Positions 15,821 to 27,341 of a stretch of DNA of 64,000 bases are shown in pieces. The notes under the pieces are model-generated. The model worked only from the letters and a program-made list of their open reading frames with translations, was not told the origin of the DNA and ran no database searches. Location: the NCBI RefSeq assembly GCF_009914755.1, contig NC_060947.1; one strand, written 5' to 3'. Position numbers and translations under genes: made by a program. Source of the DNA: the human T2T-CHM13v2.0 reference genome, Homo sapiens. Each line of letters starts with the position of its first letter. Within the stretch, counting starts at the first letter, position 1.

Positions 15821-16549
15821 ATATGTGAGTGTATGTATTATATATATATGTATTATATATGTATATATCATATATGTATATACATCATATAAGTGTGTGT
15901 GTGTATATATATGAGGCTAGCAATGGAGTAATGAGATAAAAACATAGAAATTCCATCAATTCAATATCAGATACATTTTTAAAATTTATTGACAAATTTA
16001 TAAAGAAGCTAAAGAACTTAAAAGATATAGATAGGTTTAAAGGATACCAACTAGGTTTATAAAATTGTTTTGAAGTAAAAACAATAAGACTTGCCTTACC
16101 CCTCTACTTTTAATACTGTTTTGTGTATTTTACCCTTCTAGGCTGTATATGTCAGAGGATATCATATCTGATCAAAAGAAAAAAAAGATCAAGACAAGAT
16201 GAAAAGAACCAAAATGTGAATATACAGTTATAACATTAAAATTAAAGTAAATATTATTTTTTACTATCTCTGGGGGAACAGAACTATTTGCTCTGCTGAT
16301 GGGTATTTATTTCCCTTTTCCTTATTTATAAGAAAGTGAAAGATATTTCACTGACATAGAATTTGACAGTTTCAGGAATATCAGAGTAGATAGCAATGAG
16401 TATAAAGTAAACAAAAAAAGACAACTCTTATCTATTTTTCTACCACTATACTATTATTTCTACTTTTACTTCTGGTACTACTACTATTATAATGACAATA
16501 AAGAAACTACTACTACTACCACCACCATAATGACCTCATAATAATAACA

Positions 16550-16740
16550 ATTAATGTAAATCAAGCAATAACTTTATACCAGGCAATGTGGTAATTACTT
16601 TACATACATCTTATTTAATTCCCACAACAATGCTCAGAGTCAGATACTATTGTAAGCCCTAACTTACAGAGGAAGACATCCTAAGGCATACAGCAGCTGC
16701 AGTCTGCCTGCCACTGAATTTTATCCAGGGTCTGAGCCTG
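16550..16740 (-). mobile_element. MIR preceded by (ACT)n/(ATA)n low complexity (about 16440-16550)
   Basis: ACCAGGCAATGTG..TTTACATACATCTTATTTAATTCCCACAACAA...TTACAGAGGAAGA. Confidence 0.65.
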
Positions 16741-16774
16741 CTGAAGTCAGTTGGTGAAGCAAGAGAAGACAGGC

Positions 16775-18223
16775 AGAATAAGATGGCAGAGAAAGACTCT
16801 CCAGCGACCATCCCTCAATAGAAACATCAATTTGAACAACTATCCACACATGAAACAAATCTTCGTAAGACTCAGGAAACCAGGTAAGAAATTACTACAC
16901 CTGGTTTTAGCATAATAATTTAAAAGATGCATTGAAGAGGGTGGACAGGAAACTTTTACATTACCTACATCACCCCTCCCCCAACCTCAGACAGCACAGC
17001 ACTAAGAGAGACACCATTTGCTGAAGGAGAGAGAAGTAAACATAAGACTTTGCCTTGGAATCCAGTGCCAGGTCTGCCACAAAAAAGCCCAGCACCAGGC
17101 AGAACCCCATGTCCCCTTGTTCCCAGACCAAACTGAGGGTCGGACTCCTATTTCTTGTGGCCCAGTAAAGAGATGCAAATGAACTGCAGAGGAAGAGTTT
17201 TCATTTCTGCAACCGGTTACAGGGAGAAGGCCTGGAAATTATCGCCAGACCAACTCAAAATTAGAGAGTTTTCAGGAGCTTATATACCTTCTGAGCTATA
17301 TGTCTATGTGTAAGTATTCATTCATCTAAAGAAGTGTTTAACTTCTTTTAATCTATAACTATAGTCTGCGTCCTGAAGACCTTCCTCTGAAGCCTCAGTA
17401 AATTTACTTAATCTAAATGGGTGCAGGTGCTGGGTTGATTACCCTTATCTTGTCTCCTGCTGAATCATGGAAGTTTGGGGAGTTTGGGGAGTGCCTTCAG
17501 ATCCCCAATTAACTTGTTGTGGAGGCCTGGGGAGTTTCTTAAGTCCAACAATGAAACTTGTTTAGTCCTAAATGGGTCCTGTTAAGAATTCTTTCATTAT
17601 TTTGTCATGCTTTAATGCCCAGGAAAGGCCTCGGCAAAACTCTTGTTGAGCTTGAGGGCACTGGCTTTTAATATTTAACTTAATCACTCAGTCAGTACTG
17701 AAACAGTTGTTAAGGAGGTCTGTGTTAGTGAGACCTGGCCTGCCACACCCTAACACTAGGCCAATACCCTGAACAGAACCTCTACACCTGGCATGGTGCC
17801 AGACAAGAACCAACAATCCCAGCAGGAGTGACTGAAGTTCTGGCCCATAGCACTGCCAGCCAACTCCAGCTGCCTTGAGACCCAAATAAACCTCAGCAGC
17901 AGGCAGTCCATAGCTTTTGCAGAGTTTTAGGTGTGCACCAGAGACAAATATAAGCCTGTGGCCCTGGCAGAATGCATTTGAGTTCTGGCTTGCATCACTG
18001 CTGGCAAACTACAGTAGTCTTGGGCTCTGAATTAAACTCATCAAAAGGTATGCCATAGCTGCCATGGACCTTAGGCATGCCCTGTTGCCAGAAGGGCACA
18101 CATGGCCCTGGTGGAATAGACTAAACTTCTGGCCCACATTACCACTTGCAAACTATAGTAGCCTTGAATCCTAAATAAAACTCCGTGGTGGGCAGGCTGT
18201 AGTTGCTATGGGCCAGCCCTAGG
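16775..18223 (+). mobile_element. Old L1M 5'UTR, first part; continues at 36949
   Basis: Begins AAGATGGCAGA, an L1 5' terminal YY1-type motif. Its repeat monomers recur after 36949, and the sequence reads through the provirus junction (CCCTAGG|CATGTCCTG). Confidence 0.75.
17118..17747 (-). mobile_element. ERV1 solo LTR, most similar to PABL_A as remembered
   Basis: Reverse strand reads TGTGGCAGGCCAGGTCTCACTAAC...GACCCTCAGTTTGGTCTGGGAACA, with TG/CA termini and a perfect 4-bp TSD CCCT (17114-17117 and 17748-17751). LTR status is clear; the family name is less certain. Confidence 0.8.
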
Positions 18224-18588
18224 TGTGAAAGAAAAACAAGTCTCCAGACGTCAAAATCACTAAGCCAAAGGGAAAAGTCCAGTTCGGAACTGTGTTAGGC
18301 AAACCTGCAGTACATTTTATTCCTAAATAGGATAGCTACAAAGATATAAAAAAAGAAGCTACATACCTCCTTCACAATTTGTTCACAAGGGAATTTATCA
18401 TGGTCCTCAAGAGCTTTACCCTAAAACAGTTCTGTTGCATTTCACCCTGGCAATGAAAATTAATAACTTATCTTCACAGGTGCAGGACAAAGGACAGACA
18501 GAACTCAGTCAACCCTCTGCTCACCTGAGAAAAAGTGCATATCTAATTGCTTCTTTGGCCCTATTGTTTATGCAAGAATGCTGATTCA

Positions 18589-19845
18589 TTTGTCTATTTT
18601 GGCTTTTGTTGCCATTGCTTTTGGTGTTTTAGTCATGAAGTTGTTGCCCATGCCTATGTCCTGAATGATATTGCCTAGGTTTTCTTCTAGGGTTTTTATG
18701 GTTTTAGGTCTTACATTTAAGTCTTTAATCCATCTAGAGTTAATTTTTGTATACGGTGTAAGGAAGGGATCCAGTTTCAGCTTTCTGTATAGGGCTAGCC
18801 AGATTTCCCAACACCATTTATTAAATAGGGAATCCATTGGGATCTAATTAAACTAAACAGCTTCTGCACAGCAGAGGAAACTATCACCAGAATGAACAGG
18901 CAACCTACAGAATGGGAGAAAATTGTTGCAATATATCCATCTGACAAAGAGCTAATATCCAGAATCTACAAAGAACTTAAACAAACTTACAAGAAAAAAA
19001 CAACCCCATCAAAAAGTGGGCAAAGGATATGAACAGACACTTCTCAAAATAAAACATTTATGCAGCCAACAAACATATGAAAAAAAGCTCATCATCACTG
19101 GTCATTAGAGAAATGCAAATCAAAACCACAATGAGATACCATCTTACACCAGTTAGAATGGTGATCATTAAAAAGTCAGGAAACAACAGATGCTGGTGAG
19201 GATGTGGAGGGATAAGAACGCTTTTACACTGTTACTGGGAGTGTAAATTAGTTCAACCATTGTGGAAGACAGTGTGGCAATTTCTCAAGGATCTAGAACT
19301 AGAAATACCATTTGACCCAGCAATCCTATTTCTGGGTATATACCCAAAGGATTATAAATCATTCTACTATAAAGACACATGCACACGTATGTTTATTGTG
19401 GCACTGTTCACAGTAGCAAAGACTTGGAACCAACTCAAATTCTCATCAATGATAGACTGGATAAAGAAAATGTGGCACAGATATGCCATGGAATACTATG
19501 CAGCCATAAAAAGGATGAGTTCATGTCCTGTGCAGGGACATGGGTGAAGCTGGAAACCATCATCCTCAGCAAAGTAACACAAGAACAGAAAACCAAACAC
19601 TGCATGTTCTCACTCATAAGTGGGAGTTGAACAATGAGAACACATGGACACAGGGAGGGGAACATCCCACCAGAGCCTAGTGGAGGGTGGGGGCTAGGGG
19701 AGGGATAGTATTGGGAAAAATACCTAATGTAGATGATGGTTTGATGGTTGCAGCAAATCACCATGGCATGTGTATACCTAGGTAACAAATCTGCACATTC
19801 GGCACATGTACCCCAGCACTTAAAGTATAATAAAAAAAAGCCAAA
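18589..19845 (+). mobile_element. 5'-inverted (twin-primed) L1PA7/8-like insertion; 18589-18836 antisense, 18837-19845 sense
   Basis: Minus [24 protein letters not shown] continues directly, in L1 coordinates, into the plus segment TGGGATCTAATTAAACT. 3'UTR and A-tail present. TSD AAGAATGCTGATTCA / AAGAAATGCAGATTCA. Confidence 0.93.
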
Positions 19846-19882
19846 AAGAAATGCAGATTCACTAGGCCTGTCCAAAGCATAA

Positions 19883-20248
<366 letters not shown>

Positions 20249-20883
20249 TACAACCATTTATCTCTTATCCAACTTTCAGTTGCACTGCCTTTCAGGACAG
20301 AACAAACGTACAGCTTATACATATTGATTGATGTCTCATGTCTCCCTAAAATGTATAAAATCAAACTATGCTCTGACCACCTTAGGCATGTGTCTTCAAG
20401 ATCTCCTGAGGCTGTGTCACAGGTACATCCTTAACTTTGGAAAAATAAACTTTCTAAACTGATTGAGACCTGTCTCAGATAGTTTTGAGTTTACAAATCC
20501 ATTACCATAAAGGAATTCTGAGGGGAGGTTCCCTTGATCTTTCACAAATCTCCTATTTGAGCTTGGTACCCGTTTTAGTTATCCTTATGACTCAAACCAG
20601 TAGGACAATTTGCTGAGCCCTGGGAGCTCCCGACTTCTAGAGAATCCCTAATCTCTCAAAATTTGGTTGAGATGTAAAGTTTATTTTGCTTTACAACTAC
20701 TTTTTTAGAGTTTTAATTCCTTCCAACAAGGAAGGCAAGTTTTCCCGCTTCCATGATAATGTAGAGCAGGTAACTTCTTTCTGGAGTTTCAGTTAGTTTC
20801 CAACAGGAAAGGCAAGTTTGAAGCTTTTGTTCCCTGCTTCTAAGATGATAGAGAGAAGTCTTGAGCCAAGGCCTCATTCCTAA

Positions 20884-21756
20884 GAGAGGTGAAGCCCACT
20901 GGGCTTCTGGGTCGGGTGGGGACTTGGAGAACTTTTCTGTCTAGCTAAAGGATTGTAAACACACCAATCAGCACTCTGTGTCTAGCTAAAGGTTTGTAAA
21001 TGCACCAATCAGCACTCTGTGTCTAGCTAAAGATTTGTAAATGCACCAATCAGCACTCTGTAAAAATGCACCAATCAGAGCTCTGTGTCTAGCTAAAGGT
21101 TTGTAAATGCACCAATCAACACTCTGTAAAATGGACCAATCAGCACTCCATAAGATGGACCAATCAGCAGGACATGGGCAGGGCCAAATAAGGGAATAAA
21201 AGTTGGCCACCCAAGCCAGCAGTGGCAACCCGCTGGGGTCCCCTTCCATGCCGTGGAAGCTTTGTTCTCTCGCTCTTCACAATAAATCTTGCTACTGCTC
21301 ACTCTTTGGGTCCACACTACCTTTATGAGCTGTAACACTCACTGCGAAGGTCTGCAGCTTCACTCCTGAAGTCAGTGACACCACGCACCCACTGGGAGGA
21401 ACAAACAACTCCCAACGCACCAACTTTAAGAGCTGTAACACTCACTGTGAAGGTCTGCGGCTTCACCCCTGAAGTCAGCGAGACCACGAACCCACAAGGA
21501 GGAACAAACAACTCTGGACGCGCCACCTTTAAGAGCTGTAACACTCACTGAGAAAGTCTGGGGCTTCACTCCTGAAGTCAAGTGAGACCACAAACCCACT
21601 GGAAGGAAGAAGCTCCAGACACATCTGAACATCTGAAGGAACAAACTCTGGACACACTATCTTTAAGAACTGTAACACTAACCACAAGGGTCCGTGGCTT
21701 CATTCTTGAAGTCAGCAAGACCAAGAATCCACCAGAAGGAACCAATTCTGGACACA
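20884..21756 (+). mobile_element. LTR12 (ERV9) solo LTR
   Basis: GAGAGGTGAAGCC..GGGTCGGGTGGGGACTTGGAGAAC, tandem CACCAATCAGCACTCTGTGTCTAGCTAAAG units, AATAAA at 21281, U5 repeats GAGCTGTAACACTCACTG, and the terminus GGACACA. Approximate TSD CTAA/CTAG. Confidence 0.93.
20960..21205 (+). promoter_or_regulatory. LTR12 U3 enhancer/promoter: seven CCAAT (NF-Y-type) boxes and an AATAAAA TATA-like box
   Basis: CCAATC occurs seven times between about 20964 and 21165; GGAATAAAA at about 21193. Activity at this copy is not shown. Confidence 0.65.
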
Positions 21757-22351
21757 CTAGCTATGTAGCTAAATTTGGGTTTTTGTCTTGGAAATTCTTC
21801 TTAAATATTAAAAGTTAAAATTGACAATGAGCTGGTTTTAGTTTTCCCTTATTATTAGGATGCTCAGTAATCCTATAAAATGTGCAATCATTTGTTTTGC
21901 TTAACTTTTTTGTTGCTGTTTGTTTCTGTTTCTGTTGTGGTTTCAGTCTTTGTCCTACTGGGTTTGACCAACTTTATTCAGCTTGGTCAAATCCAAACGA
22001 GATTTCCAAATTATGGGGAACAAGCCTTCTGAATTGGCATAATTCTTGCAACTGATAATAAAAAAGGAAAAGAGAAAATGACCAGCAAAAAGAAGATAAA
22101 TGAAAGATTTTGACTACCTAGAAGGCTTTATGTACATGACAAGGCCACCGTTTCATTAGCCAAGCCAAACTGAAAGGGCAATGGCTGTTGCCTGCTCTAA
22201 GATGCAGTTCTGTTCCTAAGGTTCTGCCCCTTTTTTCCACCATCACATCCTGGGTTTGGTTTCTAAATCAAGTCCTTTCTGGATTTATATTTATATTACT
22301 TTTGAAATATCAGCAATTTATCCCAGCTAAAATATGGTAATGGGATTTTAA

Positions 22352-22662
<311 letters not shown>

Positions 22663-25600
22663 TAAAAGGAGTTCAACGGTTAAAAGGCAGCTTAATTAAA
22701 AGCTAATATACAAGGGCTGTGTATGTTTTTTTAAATTTTTTTACAGTCTTTATGCTTTTTTTTTCCTCATAGGACATTGTTCTTTTTTGAGAAAAGGGTT
22801 TTTTTTTTTTTTAATCCTTTAGGGTCGACTGAATTCTGTTTTCTCCATTTACTGTTGACTTTCTCTCCTTTGTCTTGCTACCCTCTGCTGCATGAGGGAC
22901 CTAAAGTAGTTTCTAACAGCCTGGGATTTCTTAAAGAAAATAGAGAAGGTGCCAAACTCCATTCTGGGGAGAAACCTCTGTTTTTCATTATGGAACCCCA
23001 AAAATGTAAACAGACAAATTCCTCTCAGATTTTAAACTGCTTGTTTTTGCATTGTTACCTGATTTATTTTTACTAAAATAGTTATTACAACAGAGACTTC
23101 TCTTGGGTACTTAAAATAAGAAAGAAAGAATGTACTTTAGACACTTAGAGAAATGTCTTTGTTGAAAAAAAAAAGTACATTGTAAAAGCATCATGTGGTC
23201 TAACCTGAGGATAATTCTCTCTTTTTGGAGATCCAGGATTCAGTGTGGACTTAGCCCAGAGGTCAGAGGTCCAGATAAAAGATAGAGACTAAATTTAGAA
23301 CTATGTATCTAAATAAAATTGGTCCCTTATACAATTCTGTGATAGATTTCTATAATTTTATGTCTGATTCGGCATCCATTTTTAATCTCCCTCTAGCACA
23401 GGAGACTCTGTACTTTGAGATGTAAATTTTGCCATCTGATTTTTCACCTAAGAGTTCCTTTAATGTGCAAATTTAGGGCTATCTAGCTGACAACTGCCTA
23501 GGATAATGAAACAGGTTATCAAGAAATTGGAAGTCTAAAATAAGAAGAAGAAAGAGTTTTATGAATCTATAAAATCTACTTTTATCTGCATGTCTAATAT
23601 GCGTATGTATTTATGTGTCATATATAATGTTTCACTACTAAAACTATATTTTAGAACTCTAATTAATTGGCTTAAAGAAAAAAAAGTCTTTTAGTCAAAT
23701 GCTTTGTCAGAATAAAATAGAGACTCTAAGCCAAAAGCTTTTCAAGGTCATGTGATTTAAGTAAATCTTTAATGATAAGCTGGTTATAAAAGTATTGGTA
23801 AAATTGAATTAGAAATGGCTTCAGAATTGTCAACATACATTACTGTTTAGATTTATTGGTCAAATGGTTTTATATTTCTCTTTGCTAGATGTAAAAATTG
23901 GGCAAGAGGGTTATAAAACCATGAATGCAGACCAAAAGATAATTATCTTTATTTGTGTAAAAATTGATAAATTAGTATTTAATATTGTTTGTTTATGGAA
24001 AACAGCCAAATCTTGAGTTATTGGCAAAACAAAAACAAACCCACTTATCTAATCTTAAGGTTCTTACTCAGGAAAACCTGAAATTCACAGACTACAAAAG
24101 TAATTAACAGGAATATAATCTTACATGATAACTATCAGAGTTTTCATAAGTAATCTGGGTAAACTATTTTAAAAATTAATTAGGTAATTGTAATGAAATA
24201 AATGCTTGTAAATAAACTTGTCATATAATTTAGAATCCAAAGTTATATTAAGTTAAATGACAGATACTAATTGAATGTCTTTTTCATTTTCTTTTTTCAA
24301 AAAAATATAGAAAAACATTTTCTAAAATATACGTTCATATTTACAAGAAAATAATTTTCATAAATTCAAAAGTTATTTAAAAGTTATTTATGAAATGATG
24401 TGAAAGTAAACAGTAAATAAGACCAATGAAAAGAATGTTATAAGTATAAAGAGGTGTTTTGGCAAGAAAGATAAAATAATACAATTTTATATGAGAAAGA
24501 ATCTTTTATAGTACATTTTTGTCCTAGAATAAAATGACCAGTTATTTACGGAAAAGGGATGTTGAGGACAACCCAGAATGTCCAAGCATGTCAGGAATTG
24601 TCTGTGTAAGTTGTAATAAAGTTTGTACAAAGAAGATTTATAACAAAGAAAACTTTATGTGATCAAGTTGTCTGTAATTAAAGGGAAATTATTCACAATG
24701 TCATTCTAGAGATTGGGTATTGATATTTAAAAAACATTTATACACTAAAGAATTGGCTAGAACAAAGTTTTCTTAAAGTATTAATCTATTCTTAATAAAA
24801 TTACAAGATATTTTAATTTCTTTTAACTCAAAGTTCAACTTTTATTGTATCTCACTGTTTACAGCTTTCTCTCCCCTTTGAAAAGGCCTAAGATACTAAC
24901 TCTGTCCTTCAACTCATTTTCAGCTCCTGCTGTTTTCTACCCTCAGGTTCTAACTGTTTGTTGTTATCTGATGCTAAAAATGTTTTATCTTAAAGGTTTA
25001 AAAGAAATGTTTTCTTCTGATATAACATTCTGTGCTCTTGGCTTTAAATTGTTTTGTGAATCCAAAAATTTTTACTCATTACCAGGAAACACTCTTTCTA
25101 TGTCTAACTAATACAAGTACCCTTTCCATTAGATTTGGCTTGCCAGTCAAACCTAATGGACTTCCTATAGGGAATAGCAATCTCACTGCAAAAGTACATT
25201 TTGGTAACTGACCTAACAAACAGATTTTACATTTCATCAAAATGATTCTTATATCACTGTTATTAAGTTGTGATTTGCTTAGAAAGAAGTGAGATTATTG
25301 TTTGTTAATTGAGGCTATTATATACATATAACTTTCTGTATTTGCTTTTAAAGTTATTGTACCATTTAGTTACAGGGCTTTGACTCTTGGGTCTAAAAAG
25401 GATACCAAGTCATGTTAAATCTTAAACACTGACAGCAGCTAAAATATCAAAATAAATGGCATTCATGAGACACAAGGCCAGAAATTAAAACTATTCAATT
25501 ACTCAACGTCCACAGACTATCATGTAAGAGGTGGGCATATGAGATTACAAGGGCTGATTTTGAGAGATTAAAATTAGTTCAGTTTTTCTACAAATTAACC

Positions 25601-27301
25601 AATAATATTCAAGGCACACTGATTAAAGACAAGCATCTGGGCCCCTGTGTCAGATTAATAAGGTTTTCTATGAGCATTAACCCACTTCAGAATAAAAAGA
25701 ATTCTATAGCTTAAAAAAGGTTTATGGAAATTATATCTTATGGTCAGGATGATTAAAACTTAATTGAGTTGTTTATGAAATTTTGAGAGATAGATTTAAT
25801 TGGCCTCATGCTATCTGTATTAGGGCTTTTTGGGAGGAAATTAAATCTCCTCTCTCAAAGAATAAGTGTTCTTTTTGAAATATTTGAGTTATCACTTTGG
25901 CTAAATGAATGACTTATTTTACAATGACCTGCTATCCTATTGTAATATCCAGGATTTTGAAATTTTTACACTTCACAAACTTTCCAAAATCAAATTCTAA
26001 CTTCAGTCTTCATGATTTTTTTGATATTAGGCCCCTTGAAGTCCAAAAAGGATATATTCAGCTTATTTGATGTAAAAATTCATACAAGAAGTATTATCAA
26101 ATATGAAATGGTGTTTAACCTTCTTTGAATTGTATTTATATAAATGTGAATTTAGTATGCATTTCAAAATTGTTTGAGATTCCTGTGATTCTGATATCTT
26201 AGTATATATTATCCATAGTAATTATGATTATTATAAAATTGTTGTATGCCACAGAAGTAATCAAATTTTCTTGTTATTTGTGTCTTTAACCATGAATGTT
26301 CTAAGACTCTTGTCATTCACAGCTGTTTTATTTTTTCCTTTTCAAAGGATAAAAATAGGTGGTTTATATAAAATGAGATTTAAAACTCTGACAGGTGCTC
26401 TTGAATGCAGACATCTGAAATTTTGGAGGTTATGACACTAAAATAGAGGAAAATCTTCCAAGACTCATAGACAGCTAATGTGTTCATAAACATCAAGTAG
26501 ATCAGGAGTTAATTACATAGACTGAACATGTGAAAGATTGAAATAATCCTTTTATGATTGTGTTTGAAACATTGTTAATTCTTTTTTTTTCTCAGTCCAT
26601 AAAATGATTTTTCTTTTGAGCTATTTACAGCTTTTAACAATTAGGTAAAATACACTCCTGTGAGCAAAGTTGGAACATTTTTTTTCTCTCTACTTGATTT
26701 CTCCAGAATATGAAAACTATTTGTAAGTATACTTAATTGATGCCAATATAGTTATTTGCATAAGTTTAATAAGAATCAGTTTTCTTTTGTAACAGGACAC
26801 TATTGGAAACACTACTTATTTTACCAAAGCTTTGACTAGCATGGCATACTTTCGGACTGCTTTAAGAAATCAAAGTTCACTTATGTAGCCAATGAAAGAC
26901 CCTTGGGAAAACCTGTCTCCTACGTTGTCCTTGCAGTCCCTGTACAGGGTTCCTTACCTGTTGTAAGTACAGAATGTTACTTTCTAACTGACCTAGGGGC
27001 CCTAAATTATCTTAGGACTTCAGGGTGAGGAATGCACCCAATTAATTCAGGTATTTGTAGGCACAGATAAATCTGTGGCTGGGCTCAAGGCTTTAAAGTC
27101 TAATCTGAGGGCTAGATTTCAAGGAATTACTTCCTTCAGTTTGTGCTGGAATCTGAGAGTGCGTGCAAATGTCTTCCCGTTGCTTCTCTCACTTTTATAT
27201 TTCTCAACTCTCCCCAAATTTGTTCCTGTGTTTAGTGGGGTTAACTTTATTCTTTATGGAATAAAGGTCCAGTAAAACCAATGTTTTAAAAGCCTATATA
27301 A

Positions 27302-27303
27302 AT

Positions 27304-27338
<35 letters not shown>

Positions 27339-27341
27339 TTT
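27302..27341. repeat. (ATTT)n microsatellite at the L1PB 5' junction
   Basis: About 10 perfect ATTT units. Confidence 0.95.

Noticed and set aside
20940-21700. Regularly spaced repeats that might suggest a CRISPR-like array
   Set aside because: These are LTR12 U3 and U5 tandem units. The intervening sequences are homologous rather than unique spacers, there are no cas genes, and the DNA is primate.
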